DNA of 62,598 nt, counting the filler, from Deltaproteobacteria bacterium (lineage in GTDB: Bacteria > CG2-30-53-67), in the NCBI GenBank assembly GCA_013151235.1. It is 4 parts of 4 records of this genome, joined end to end, with 100 filler letters (N's around TTAATTAATTAA, not from the genome) between each part and the next. Parts side by side here need not be neighbours in the genome. Positions count along the whole stretch, not along the records: positions 1 to 24,422 come from JAADIO010000009.1; 3 more parts are not named here. One strand, 5' to 3'. Under the pieces are notes generated by a model, which was not told where the DNA came from, did no database searches, and saw nothing but the letters and a program-made list of their open reading frames with translations. Below are positions 1 through 10,276 of the stretch, piece after piece; positions within the stretch are counted from its first letter, which is position 1, and the number at the start of each line of letters is the position of its first letter. A program made the translations under genes and the position numbers.

Positions 1-102
1 CACACGAACGGAATATCAATGACTTACACCGTTCGCCCTGAGCACGCCTGTCCTGAGCTGGTCGAAGGGTCGAAGGGTCGAACGGACTTTTACGACTTCA
101 TC
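1..102. mobile_element. MITE family A, partial copy (right end)
   Basis: Ends in GACTTTTACGACTTCATC, nearly the reverse complement of the GATGAAGTCGTAAAAAGTC terminus. The interior matches the reverse complement of the 56370-56540 copy. Confidence 0.85.
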
Positions 103-328
103 AACATATCAGACTTTTCCGCATATTTCTTGCGGAGATCCCCGTTCTCAGTAGATTCCGTTGTACTTGATCCCCGATAAAGGGGCGGCTCAGTTGCCGG
201 GAAAGGCGCTCCTGTCTTCTTGATCGGGATCTTCTCTTCTGATGTTTTCAACGTGGACTTTTTTCACAGGCTGCTATATAATTTTTTGAAATTATCTACA
301 CCCCCATTGCCTTGAGAAAAAAGAGAAA

Positions 329-2545
329 ATGCAGAGCCGGGACCAGAAAAGACAACCTTCCCTCCGTTCCTTCCGCCGTTATTGGATTGCCGTTCTCGTG
401 CTGCTGCTTCTGTCCGGGGTGACCCTCCTGGCCCGGGGGCATCTCCGGACCGGGGGAACCCTGACCTTCCCCGTCTCCGATTACGTGGTCCTCTTTGCCC
501 TCGGACTGGTGATCGCCATTTTATCCCTCATCCTTCTCCTGATGGTTTTCCGGAACCTGATTAAATACTATTTCGAAGGGAGGAAGACCAAACCCCGTGC
601 CCGAATCAAGACCAAGCTGATCATCGCCTTCGTCGGGTTCTCGCTGGTCCCGTCCGTCCTCCTCTTCACCACGGCCAGTTTCCTCATTACCTCCAGTATC
701 GACAACTGGTTCAACGCCCGTGTCGACCGTTCCCTCCAGGAATCCCTCGACGTCGCCAAGGTCTATTACAAGAACTCGGAACTCAACGCCCTCTATTACG
801 GGCGGCAGATCAGCCAACGGATTACGGACCAACGGCTCCTCAATGAAGGAGCCCTGGATGCCCTGAAGGAACTGATCAACCGGAAGCAGAAGGAGTACAA
901 TCTCGGCGTGGTGGAGGTTTTTTCCGCGACCCACGAGGAACTGGTCAAGGCGATGAACCCCAAAGTCCCTTCCACAACCTTTGTCGGGCCCCGTTCCGAG
1001 ATTATCGAGATCGGTCTGAAAGGAAAGGAAGTCACCGACAGCGAACCGGCCGGCGAGGGGGACATCATCCGGGGGGTCGTTCCGATCCTCTCCTCCTGGA
1101 ACCGGAAGGATGTGGTCGGTGTCCTCGTCGTCAATTATTATGTTCAAAAGAGCCTGACGGCCAAGATGATGAACATCACCCAGGCCTTCAACGAGTACCG
1201 GGATCAGGCGATGCTGAAAAACCCGATCAAGGGGATCTACGTCATGTTTCTCCTCCTGGTCACTCTGGTGATCGTCTTTTCCGCAACCTGGGTGGGGCTC
1301 TACCAGGCCCGGAAGATCACCATCCCGATCCAGGGATTAACCGAGGCGACGCACCGGATTGCCGAGGGAGATCTCGATTTCGTCATCGACGTGGAGTCGA
1401 AGGATGAAGTGGGAAGTTTGGTCGATTCCTTCAACCAGATGATGAACGATCTGAAGAGCAGCAAAGAGAATCTGGAACGGACCAACGTGGAACTCAAGGT
1501 CTCCAATGAGGAACTCGACCGGCGGCGGAGTTACATCGAAACGATCCTCCGCAACATCGATACCGGCGTGATTTCTCTCGACTGGGAAGGAAAGGTGACC
1601 ACCATCAATCCGGCGGCGGAGCGGATGCTGGCCATCCCCATGGTCCAGGCCCGGGGCAAGGATTACCGCGGGGTGTTTCATTATCCCCAGTTGCTGGAGA
1701 GTATCCGGGTGGTGACGACAGGTCACAAAAAGAATTTTCGCCGGGAGTTCCAGCTCCCGACACCGACCCGGACCCTCTTTCTGAAGACCCAGGTGACGGT
1801 CCTGGAAGACGATCGGGGAAACTATCTGGGGGCGGTCGTGGTCCTCGACGATTTTTCCGAGCTGGTCCGTGCCCAGAAGGTGGCGGCCTGGCGGGAGGTG
1901 GCCCGGAGGATCGCTCATGAGATCAAGAATCCCCTGACCCCGATCCAGCTTTCGGCGCAGCGTCTGCGGCGCAAGCAGGAGAAGAAGTCCGACGATCTCG
2001 ATGAGGTCCTGCAGGAGTGCACCGCAACGATCATCCGTGAAGTGGATGGGTTAAAACGGCTGGTCAACGAGTTTTCCCAGTTTGCCAAGATGCCCGATGC
2101 CCGCCCCACCCCGAACAATCTGCATGAAATCGTTTCCGAGGTCTGTGCCCTCTATGAAGGACACCGGGGGATCGAGCTGGTCCGGGAACTGGACGAGAGT
2201 CTTCCCGTGATCCATGTGGATCGGGAACAGCTGCGGCGGGTCCTGATCAACCTGTTGGAGAATGCCGTGGAGGCCATGGACGGCGAGGGGAGGATCCGGA
2301 TTACGACCCGTTACAATCCGGACCTGCAGATGGCCACCCTCGAGGTCTGTGATGAAGGGATCGGGATTCCTCCGGAAGACAAGGGAAAACTCTTTCTCCC
2401 CTATTTCTCCCGGAAGAAATCGGGGACCGGTCTTGGGTTGGCCATCGTTGACCGGATCATCAAGGACCACGGCGGTTACATCCGGGTCAAGGACAATACG
2501 CCCCGGGGGACCCGCTTTATCATTGAACTTCCCACGGCGGCGTAG
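329..2545 (+). CDS. ntrY: NtrY-like membrane sensor histidine kinase (HAMP, PAS, HisKA, HATPase)
   Basis: N-terminal TM helices, SIDNWF motif, AWREVARRIAHEIKNPLTPIQLSA H-box, GTGLGL G-box. Confidence 0.85.
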   Translation: MQSRDQKRQPSLRSFRRYWIAVLVLLLLSGVTLLARGHLRTGGTLTFPVSDYVVLFALGLVIAILSLILLLMVFRNLIKYYFEGRKTKPRARIKTKLIIAFVGFSLVPSVLLFTTASFLITSSIDNWFNARVDRSLQESLDVAKVYYKNSELNALYYGRQISQRITDQRLLNEGALDALKELINRKQKEYNLGVVEVFSATHEELVKAMNPKVPSTTFVGPRSEIIEIGLKGKEVTDSEPAGEGDIIRGVVPILSSWNRKDVVGVLVVNYYVQKSLTAKMMNITQAFNEYRDQAMLKNPIKGIYVMFLLLVTLVIVFSATWVGLYQARKITIPIQGLTEATHRIAEGDLDFVIDVESKDEVGSLVDSFNQMMNDLKSSKENLERTNVELKVSNEELDRRRSYIETILRNIDTGVISLDWEGKVTTINPAAERMLAIPMVQARGKDYRGVFHYPQLLESIRVVTTGHKKNFRREFQLPTPTRTLFLKTQVTVLEDDRGNYLGAVVVLDDFSELVRAQKVAAWREVARRIAHEIKNPLTPIQLSAQRLRRKQEKKSDDLDEVLQECTATIIREVDGLKRLVNEFSQFAKMPDARPTPNNLHEIVSEVCALYEGHRGIELVRELDESLPVIHVDREQLRRVLINLLENAVEAMDGEGRIRITTRYNPDLQMATLEVCDEGIGIPPEDKGKLFLPYFSRKKSGTGLGLAIVDRIIKDHGGYIRVKDNTPRGTRFIIELPTAA

Positions 2546-2578
2546 CGAAAGAAAAAAGAGTACGGAAGGAAAATTGCC

Positions 2579-3937
2579 ATGTCGAAAGCACGAATCCTCC
2601 TTGTGGATGATGAAATGAGCATTCTGAAGACCTTGACCGATATTCTCGAGGATGAAGGGTTCACCGTGGAGAAGGCTTCCTCCGGCGAAGAGGCCTTGCG
2701 GATTTTTCCTGAAGTGGCTCCCGATGTAACCCTTCTCGATGTCTGGCTCCCCGGCATGGACGGGATTGAAGTTTTGAAAAAGATCCGGGAACAGGCGCCC
2801 GAGGCACTGGTGATCATGATGTCCGGGCACGGGACGATCGAAACAGCCGTCCGCGCGACGAAGTACGGGGCCTACGATTTTTCCGAAAAGCCCCTTTCCG
2901 CCGACAAGCTGATCATTATCATTGAGAATGCCCTTGAAAAGAAGCGGCTGGCCGAGGAGAACCGGAGACTTCGCCGACGTTTTGTCGCGGACTACGAAAT
3001 CATCGGGGAGTCGGCGGTTATTCGGGAACTCAAGACCCAAATCGAGATCGCCGGTCCGAGCAAGGGCCGGGTGCTGATCTTCGGAGAGAACGGGACCGGC
3101 AAGGAACTGATCGCCCGACAGATTCATCTCCACAGCGGACGTTCCGCAAAACCTTTTATCGAAGTCAACTGTGCCGCCATTCCACAGGATCTTATTGAAT
3201 CGGAACTCTTCGGCCATGAGAAGGGCTCCTTTACCGGTGCCGTGACCCGCCGAAAGGGAAAGTTTGAACAGGCCGACGGCGGCACCCTCTTTTTGGACGA
3301 GATCGGAGATATGAGTCTTTCCACCCAGGCTAAGGTGTTGCGGGTCCTCCAGGAACAGACCGTTCAGCGTGTCGGTGGATCGGAGGCCTTTGACGTTGAC
3401 GTTCGGGTGATTGCGGCGACCAACCGTGACCTGGAAAAGGAAATCCGGGAAGAACGATTCAGGGAGGACCTTTTCTACCGGTTGAATGTTATCCCCTTTC
3501 GCGCCCCTCCCCTCCGGGAACGGCGGGAGGATATCCCCCTCCTGGTCCGTCATTTCGTGGAAGAGTACGCCCGGGTAAACGGCGTCAAGCAGAAGTCCTT
3601 CCTTGAGGAAGGGATGGAACTCCTCCGGGAATACCACTGGCCGGGAAATGTACGGGAACTGAAGAATATCGTGGAACGGATCATGATCATGGTCCGTAAG
3701 GAGACCATCGGGGCGGACGAGATTCCGGCGGGAATCCGTGTGGATGTCGGGCAAGCGGAAGATTCGGGCTACGCGGGAAGCCTCCGGGAGGCCCGCCTTG
3801 CTTTCGAAGGGGAGTATATCCGCCGTAAGTTGATCGAAAACGACTGGAATGTCTCAAAAACGGCCAAGGTTCTCCAGATTGAGCGGAGCAATCTCCACCG
3901 GAAGATCAAGAGCCTGGGGCTGGAGGAGGACAAATAA
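2579..3937 (+). CDS. ntrX: NtrX-like sigma-54-type response regulator (REC, AAA+, Fis HTH)
   Basis: REC domain with LLDVWLPGMDG, GENGTGKE Walker A, GSFTGA loop, C-terminal ERSNLHRK HTH; lies downstream of ntrY. Confidence 0.85.
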   Translation: MSKARILLVDDEMSILKTLTDILEDEGFTVEKASSGEEALRIFPEVAPDVTLLDVWLPGMDGIEVLKKIREQAPEALVIMMSGHGTIETAVRATKYGAYDFSEKPLSADKLIIIIENALEKKRLAEENRRLRRRFVADYEIIGESAVIRELKTQIEIAGPSKGRVLIFGENGTGKELIARQIHLHSGRSAKPFIEVNCAAIPQDLIESELFGHEKGSFTGAVTRRKGKFEQADGGTLFLDEIGDMSLSTQAKVLRVLQEQTVQRVGGSEAFDVDVRVIAATNRDLEKEIREERFREDLFYRLNVIPFRAPPLRERREDIPLLVRHFVEEYARVNGVKQKSFLEEGMELLREYHWPGNVRELKNIVERIMIMVRKETIGADEIPAGIRVDVGQAEDSGYAGSLREARLAFEGEYIRRKLIENDWNVSKTAKVLQIERSNLHRKIKSLGLEEDK

Positions 3938-3967
3938 GACGGATCGACCGTTTCGATCCATGGATGT

Positions 3968-5080
3968 TCAGGAGTTGAGGGTCTTTTCCGCGACGGGGAC
4001 CTCTGCCGTCAATTCCTCGATCAGGTCTTTCACATGAACCAGTTCCTTCACGCGCCAGCCGTTGCTGCCGGAGAAGAAGAGCCCCGTTTTCTGATCTCCC
4101 CGGACGGCATCGCTCAATCGGTCGGCAATGCAATAGCCCACCTTCCGGGATTTCTCCCCATGATTGCAGGGGACGATACAGTTTGAAATACACTCGATCT
4201 TCGGAGCGGTCCCTTCTTCGATGGTCTTTTGCAGGTGTGAGATTACTCCCCGGGCCGGATAGCCGACGGGGGATTTCATCAATGCAATATCTTCTTTCCC
4301 GGCATTGAGGACGACCTGCTTGAATCCGGGGGAGGCATCACACTCGTAGGTTCCAATGAACCGTGTAGCCATCTGGACGCCGGCGGCACCCATCCTGAGA
4401 AAACTTTCGATATCGGCCCGGTCCCAGATCCCTCCGGCGGCGATCACCGGGATCTCCCCCCATTTGGCGGCTTCTTCCAGGACTTCCGGCAGGATCTTTT
4501 CCAGTGCGTATTGGGGGTCCCGGCACTGTTCCAGGGTGTACCCCTGGTGTCCGCCCGATTTCGGTCCTTCCATGACCACGGCATCGGGAAGACGGTTGTA
4601 ACGATGCTTCCAGCTTTTGCAGATAATCTTCAGCACCCGGGCCGATGAGACGATCGGCACCAGGGCGATTTCGGGATTTTCCGCATACTCGGGGAGTCTC
4701 AGCGGAATCCCGGCCCCGGTGATGATCAGGTCGGCCCCGGCATCGACGGCATCCTTCACGACCCGGCCGTATTCGGTGATGCAATGGAGGATATTGACTC
4801 CCACCGCTCCGTTCCCTCCGGCGATTTCCTTGGCACTCTTCACGATTCTAATCAAGGATTCCCGATGGTGCAGGTTGGCTGGTTTGAGGGGCCTTCCTTT
4901 CAGCGTCTCGACGAAATCGGGATATCGGTAACCGGTACAGACCCCGGAGATAATGCCGATACAGCCGTTCTTTGCGACGTTTCCGGCGAGATTGTCCCAG
5001 GAGATACCGACTCCCATCCCTCCCTGGATAATCGGATAGGGAACCTCGATATTTTTGATCTTCAACGGTGGGAGTTTCAA
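3968..5080 (-). CDS. Nitronate monooxygenase / FabK-like flavoprotein
   Basis: PIIQGGMGVGIS, EGPKSGGHQG, IAAGGI and GVQMATRF motifs. Confidence 0.85.
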   Translation of the reverse strand: MKLPPLKIKNIEVPYPIIQGGMGVGISWDNLAGNVAKNGCIGIISGVCTGYRYPDFVETLKGRPLKPANLHHRESLIRIVKSAKEIAGGNGAVGVNILHCITEYGRVVKDAVDAGADLIITGAGIPLRLPEYAENPEIALVPIVSSARVLKIICKSWKHRYNRLPDAVVMEGPKSGGHQGYTLEQCRDPQYALEKILPEVLEEAAKWGEIPVIAAGGIWDRADIESFLRMGAAGVQMATRFIGTYECDASPGFKQVVLNAGKEDIALMKSPVGYPARGVISHLQKTIEEGTAPKIECISNCIVPCNHGEKSRKVGYCIADRLSDAVRGDQKTGLFFSGSNGWRVKELVHVKDLIEELTAEVPVAEKTLNS

Positions 5081-5441
5081 TCAGTCTCCACTTTCGGGTA
5101 GGGTTGCCTCAAAGGTGAGCTATTAAATGAAGTCGAAAAGGGCCATGAATATGGTCATTTTTCAGATAGCGGGAAATGCCGGAGAAAAAGATGTTCCATC
5201 GGTTCTCCGATCCTCATTCCTTCAGACCTTTTGAAAACAAATAATGCTCTTACCATACAATAATTCAGGGAAACTATACCATAATTATCCCGGTTTTCCA
5301 AAGGAAAAATGCCGGGTCTTTCCATTGGCGATTCATCCGGATTGGGCTATAATCCGCTTATGAGGACGGCCGGCTGTCGGCGGGGATCGAAATTATACAA
5401 CGGCCCATCTGTTTTTACCTGGGGGAAGAAAGGAGAGGCAC

Positions 5442-5849
5442 TTGATAACGGACAAACCACGTAACCCGTTTCCCACGGTGGATCTTATTATTGAGCTGGA
5501 AGAAAAGGGGATCGTCCTGATTCAACGGAAGAATCCCCCCCACGGCTGGGCCCTGCCGGGGGGCTTTGTCGATTACGGGGAGTCGCTGGAGACGGCGGCG
5601 GTCCGCGAAGCAAAAGAGGAGACCGGACTCGATGTGACCCTGATCCGGCAGTTTCACTCCTACTCCGATCCGGCCCGGGATCCCCGGCAGCATAATATTT
5701 CCACCGTATTTATTGCGAAAGCTGAAGGGACCCCGAAAGCGGCCGATGATGCGAAGGAAACGGGGACCTTTACGAGGAAGACCCTGCCGGGAAAACTGGC
5801 TTTTGATCATGGACGGATATTGGAGGACTACTTTACGGGGCGCTACTGA
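5442..5849 (+). CDS. NUDIX hydrolase
   Basis: Nudix box [23 protein letters not shown] and RDPR motif; TTG start after a GGAGAGG RBS. Confidence 0.9.
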   Translation: MITDKPRNPFPTVDLIIELEEKGIVLIQRKNPPHGWALPGGFVDYGESLETAAVREAKEETGLDVTLIRQFHSYSDPARDPRQHNISTVFIAKAEGTPKAADDAKETGTFTRKTLPGKLAFDHGRILEDYFTGRY

Positions 5850-5880
5850 GTAAACTCCAACAAGCACTTCAAAAGAAATT

Positions 5881-5973
5881 TACCACGGAACACACGGAGA
5901 AAAATAAATCATAGGAAGAACAAAATCAAAGGCGAAAAGCAATCACCGCAGAGTCGCGGAGGTCGCAGAGAAA
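5881..5973. repeat. Degenerate 9-mer tandem-unit repeats
   Basis: CACGGAACA-CACGGAGAA and CACCGCAGAGTCGCGGAGGTCGCAGAG; related units at 10283-10311 (minus) and near 19888. Confidence 0.5.
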
Positions 5974-6005
5974 AGCAAAACATGAAAAAGGCATTTTATG
6001 CATCT

Positions 6006-6761
6006 TTATTTTTCGTTGTTCAGGGACCGGATATAGTTGATTACGTTCCATCGGTCCTCTTCGGAGGTCGTTGTTTTCCAGGCAGGCATGGCGCCCCGTC
6101 CTCTGGAGATCTTGTAGAAGATATCTCCATCCGGATGCATGCGGACCATCCAGCCGGTCAGGTCCGCCGGTTTGGGGTTGAGGCTGTCGGCCAGGGCGCC
6201 TGTTCCCTTTGCGTCCTTCCCGTGACAGATGATGCACCGTTGTTCGAAGATCGTTTTTCCCTTTGCGATGGAGTTCTTTGTTGCCTTCACGGGGTTGATC
6301 TTTTCCGCCGCTTCGGCCGGGGCCATCCAGTGGGACTCTCCCATCATGTGGTGATCTTCCTGTCCTTCACTTTTGTTTCCTTCCATTTCCATCTCATGGT
6401 GTTCCTCCTGATCCGTTTTATTTTCTTCGTGTTTCATCTTCATGCCGTGATGGGAGTCTTCCTTTGTTTTTTTGATGTATTTTGCAGGATCCTGTTCAAA
6501 GGCCTTCCGGTCGGCATCGCCGCAGAAGTAGTAGGTCTTCCCTTCGTATTCCATCTTGCCCCCGGCCGCCGTTTCGGGGTTAATCTTCATCCCGCAGACC
6601 GGGTCTGTCACGGTCTTGCCCATTGTTTTCTCCATCATCCCTTTCATGTTGTGTCCCTTCATTCCCTGCATCCCCCCTTCTTCCGCGGGGAGGAGGGTGC
6701 AAAAAGAGAGGGCCATAAGAATGGATAGGATTCCGGATAAGATCAGACTCTGCTTTTTCAT
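6006..6761 (-). CDS. Periplasmic YHS/TRASH domain + His/Met-rich linker + monoheme cytochrome c
   Basis: GGAGG RBS before ATG 6761; signal peptide; DPVCGM..YYFC YHS motif; CIICH heme motif; distal GAMPAW. Confidence 0.85.
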   Translation of the reverse strand: MKKQSLILSGILSILMALSFCTLLPAEEGGMQGMKGHNMKGMMEKTMGKTVTDPVCGMKINPETAAGGKMEYEGKTYYFCGDADRKAFEQDPAKYIKKTKEDSHHGMKMKHEENKTDQEEHHEMEMEGNKSEGQEDHHMMGESHWMAPAEAAEKINPVKATKNSIAKGKTIFEQRCIICHGKDAKGTGALADSLNPKPADLTGWMVRMHPDGDIFYKISRGRGAMPAWKTTTSEEDRWNVINYIRSLNNEK

Positions 6762-6790
6762 TTTTGCCTCCTTGTTTGGTTTTCCTGTTC

Positions 6791-6853
6791 TCAATTTTTA
6801 ATTTTCAATCCCTAATTCCCGATTTTCGGTTCCGGGCCCCGAGTTCCCTGTCC
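6791..6853. repeat. Degenerate heptamer tandem repeat overlapping the cusA stop
   Basis: TCAATTT TTAATTT TCAATCC CTAATTC CCGATTT TCGGTTC CGGGCCC CGAGTTC CCTGTCC. Confidence 0.55.
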
Positions 6854-9800
6854 CCGCCAGATGGCATAGATGGCGGGAATGACGATGAGGGTCAGGACCG
6901 TGGAGGTGACCATCCCGCCGATCATGGGGGCGGCGATTCGCCGCATGGTGTCGGCTCCGGCTCCATGCCCCCAGAAGAGCGGGAAGAGTCCGGCCATGAT
7001 CGCCATGACCGTCATCATCTTGGGACGGACCCGCTCCACGGCGCCGCTCATGACGGCGCTGTAGAGGTCGGTGAGGGAGAGGGGGCCGCCTTTTTCATGC
7101 AATTTTTCCTCATAGGCCTGATCGAGGTAGATCAGCATGACCACCCCCGTCTCCGCCGCCACACCGGCCAGGGCGATAAAGCCGACCCCGACGGCAATAC
7201 TCATATTATAGTGCAGCAAATGGAGGAACCAGACCCCCCCGACGATGGCGAAGGGGAGAGAGAGCATGACGATCAGACTCTCCGGCACGTTCCGGAAGTT
7301 CAGGTAGAGCAGAAGGAAGATGATCAGAAGCGTCACGGGGATCACAACCTTGAGGCGCTGATTGGCGCGTTCCATGTATTCGTACTGGCCCGACCAGACG
7401 ATGCTGTATCCGGGCGGCAGTGAGACCTCTTCACGAATGACCTTCTGCGCGTTTTTTACATAGGTTGCCACGTCACTGCTCTTTAAGTCCACATAAATCC
7501 AGGCCGTGCGCCGGGAGTTTTCGCTTTTGATCGAAGGCGGTCCCTGGTGAATCGAGATATCCGCCAACTGGGTGATGGGGACCTGTGCCCCTTGGGGGGT
7601 GGGGACCAGTATCCTTCTCAGTTGCTGCAGGGAGTTCCGGAATCCTCTGCCGTAACGGAGGTTGACGGGATAGCGTTCCAGCCCTTCCACTGTCTCCGTG
7701 ATGTTCATCCCACCCACGGCGGACTGGATCACATCCTCGACATCTCCTACGGTTAACCCGTAACGGGCCGCCTCCTTCCTCCGGATCTTATAGTCGAAGT
7801 AGTAACCGCCTACGACACGTTCCGAGTAGGCCGAGAGGGTCCCCGGCAGTTTGCGGACGATTGCCTCGATCTTCTTTCCCAGGTCGGAGAGAACCGAGAG
7901 ATCATCACCCATGATCTTGATCCCCACGGGGGTCTTGATTCCGGTGGAGAGCATGTCGATCCGGGTTTTGATCGGCATGGTCCAGGCATTGGTGACACCG
8001 GGGAACCGGATCGCCTGGTTGAGCTTGTGAATCAGTTCCTTGACCGTGATCGTCCGTTCCTCGGGCCAGATCTTGGCAAGCGGTTTCTTGAGGAAACCGG
8101 GCCAGGATGAAAACCACCGTTTTACCGGGATCTTCCGCCACTGGTCTTCCGGCTTCAGCATGATCGTGGTCTCCAGCATGGACAGCGGTGCCGGGTCGGT
8201 TGCGGTATCGGCCCGGCCGATCTTCCCGAAGACATGATGGACCTCGGGAAAGGTTTTAATGATCTTGTCGGTCTGTTGCAACAGTTCCTTGGCCTTGGTA
8301 ATTGAGATCCCCGGCAGGGTCGTCGGCATGTAGAGGAGGTCCCCTTCGTAAAGGGGAGGCATGAACTCCCCGCCGATCTTCTCGAGCGGAAAGAGGGTAT
8401 CGACCTTTTCCAGAACGGACTTCAGGAAAGGATTGTGCACCTTCTGCACCACGAGCCGGTTGAAAGGGAGCAGTGTCAGGATACAGAGAAGGGCGAGGAG
8501 AATCGTCGTCTTCCGGTACTTTAAAACCTTTGTGATGATCGGCCGATAGATCCAGATCAGAAAACGGTTCACCGGGTTTTTCTCTTCTTTTGCGACCTTT
8601 TGGGGCCAGAGGACGATAAAGATGATCGCGGCCGTGATCCCCGCGATGGGAAGGCTGAAGGCAGCGAGACCGCCCGTAAAAAGTTTCAGAACTCCCCACA
8701 GGAACAGGAAGGAGAGACCTCCTGCAAGGAGCGAAACGACCCGCTGTTTTCGTGTCGTCCAGTGGGACGGCAGGAGAGTCGTCCGGACAAAGTACCCCAT
8801 CATCACCGGAACCAGGGTCACGGAGAGAAGAGCGGCCGCCGCCATGGAGTAGGTCTTGGTGAAGGCGAGCGGTTTGAAAAGTCTTCCCTCCTGGGCCTGG
8901 AGGGTAAAAATCGGGAGGAAGGAGAGGGTAATGATCAAAAGAGAGAAGAAAAGGGCCGGCCCCACCTGTTTCGATGCGTCGAGGATAATCTCCCAGTGAT
9001 CTTTCTTCCCTTCGTCCCGTTCCAGGTGCTTGTGGGCGTTTTCGATCATGACGATGGCCGCATCGATCATCGCCCCGATGGCGATTGCGATTCCTCCCAG
9101 AGACATGATATTGGCATTCAGTCCTTGTCGGGACATGACGATGAAGGCCATCAGGATTCCGACCGGGAGCGTAAAGATTGCAACGAAGGCGGAACGGAAA
9201 TGGAGGAGAAAAATAATACAGACCAGGGCCACGACGATCGATTCCTCCACCAGTTTTTCCTTGAGAGTATCGACCGCCCGCTGGATCAGGCCGGAGCGAT
9301 CATAAACCGGGACGATTTCCACGCCTTTGGGAAGTCCTGCCTTCAACTCGGCCAGTTTCTTTTTTACGCGGTTGATTGTGGCCAAGGCGTTCTCGCCGTA
9401 CCGCATGATGACGACCCCGCCGGCTGTTTCCCCCTCTCCGTTCAGTTCGGCGATTCCCCGTCTCAGTTCCGGGCCGAGGTGTACGTCCGCGATATTCCGG
9501 ATCAGGACGGGGGTCCCGTTCTTGTCCGCGCCGACGGGGATGTTTTTGACATCCTCAATGGAATGTATATAACCCAGCCCGCGGACCATGTATTCGGTTT
9601 CGGCCATCTCGATCAACCGTCCCCCCACATCATTATTGGAGCGCTGTATGGCCTTTTTCACCTTGGAGAGGGGAATATTGTAGGCCAGGAGTTTGTTCGG
9701 GTCGACCTCCACCTGATACTGTTTGACATACCCCCCGATGGAGGCGACCTCGGAGACACCGGGTACGGCGGCCAACTGATACCGGAGATACCAGTCCTGG

Positions 9801-10276
9801 ATGCTGCGAAGTTTGGCCAAGTCATTCCGGCCTGTCTTGTCAACCAGGGCATATTCGTAGACCCACCCCACGCCGGTGGCATCGGGGCCGAGAGAGGGGG
9901 TGACCCCCGGCGGAAGTCTCTTGGCCGCATAATTCAGGTATTCCAGCACGCGGCTTCTGGCCCAGTAGAGGTCGGTCCCGTCTTCGAAAATAATATAGAC
10001 AAAGGAGAAGCCGAAGAAGGAGTATCCCCGCACCACCTTTGCGTAGGGCACGGCAAGCATGGCCGTGGTCAGGGGATAGGTAACCTGATCCTCAACGACC
10101 TGCGGCGCCTGGCCGGGATATTTTGTAAAGACGATGACCTGGACATCCGAAAGATCCGGGATCGCGTCGAGGGGGATCTTCGTCATCGTATAGGCACCCC
10201 AGAACAGGATAAAGGCTGTTCCGAGGATCACCAGAAAACGATTTTTAATGGAAAGTTCAATGATTTTTTCAAGCAT
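6812..10276 (-). CDS. cusA: CusA/CzcA-family heavy-metal RND permease
   Basis: LDAIPDLSDVQVI, GPDATGVGWVYEY, NAWTMPIKTRIDML and ERVRPKMMT motifs typical of Cu/Ag-type CusA. Confidence 0.92.
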   Translation of the reverse strand: MLEKIIELSIKNRFLVILGTAFILFWGAYTMTKIPLDAIPDLSDVQVIVFTKYPGQAPQVVEDQVTYPLTTAMLAVPYAKVVRGYSFFGFSFVYIIFEDGTDLYWARSRVLEYLNYAAKRLPPGVTPSLGPDATGVGWVYEYALVDKTGRNDLAKLRSIQDWYLRYQLAAVPGVSEVASIGGYVKQYQVEVDPNKLLAYNIPLSKVKKAIQRSNNDVGGRLIEMAETEYMVRGLGYIHSIEDVKNIPVGADKNGTPVLIRNIADVHLGPELRRGIAELNGEGETAGGVVIMRYGENALATINRVKKKLAELKAGLPKGVEIVPVYDRSGLIQRAVDTLKEKLVEESIVVALVCIIFLLHFRSAFVAIFTLPVGILMAFIVMSRQGLNANIMSLGGIAIAIGAMIDAAIVMIENAHKHLERDEGKKDHWEIILDASKQVGPALFFSLLIITLSFLPIFTLQAQEGRLFKPLAFTKTYSMAAAALLSVTLVPVMMGYFVRTTLLPSHWTTRKQRVVSLLAGGLSFLFLWGVLKLFTGGLAAFSLPIAGITAAIIFIVLWPQKVAKEEKNPVNRFLIWIYRPIITKVLKYRKTTILLALLCILTLLPFNRLVVQKVHNPFLKSVLEKVDTLFPLEKIGGEFMPPLYEGDLLYMPTTLPGISITKAKELLQQTDKIIKTFPEVHHVFGKIGRADTATDPAPLSMLETTIMLKPEDQWRKIPVKRWFSSWPGFLKKPLAKIWPEERTITVKELIHKLNQAIRFPGVTNAWTMPIKTRIDMLSTGIKTPVGIKIMGDDLSVLSDLGKKIEAIVRKLPGTLSAYSERVVGGYYFDYKIRRKEAARYGLTVGDVEDVIQSAVGGMNITETVEGLERYPVNLRYGRGFRNSLQQLRRILVPTPQGAQVPITQLADISIHQGPPSIKSENSRRTAWIYVDLKSSDVATYVKNAQKVIREEVSLPPGYSIVWSGQYEYMERANQRLKVVIPVTLLIIFLLLYLNFRNVPESLIVMLSLPFAIVGGVWFLHLLHYNMSIAVGVGFIALAGVAAETGVVMLIYLDQAYEEKLHEKGGPLSLTDLYSAVMSGAVERVRPKMMTVMAIMAGLFPLFWGHGAGADTMRRIAAPMIGGMVTSTVLTLIVIPAIYAIWRGQGTRGPEPKIGN

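Noticed and set aside
1-102. GTCGAAGG repeats as a CRISPR array
   Set aside because: No regular repeat-spacer period and no cas genes; explained by the MITE interior.
2051-3754. Long antisense ORFs (this one, 8600-10324, 31369-32904, 50670-52163, 54243-56342 and similar)
   Set aside because: They shadow well-supported genes on the other strand, as expected from GC-rich codon bias, and contain no motifs.
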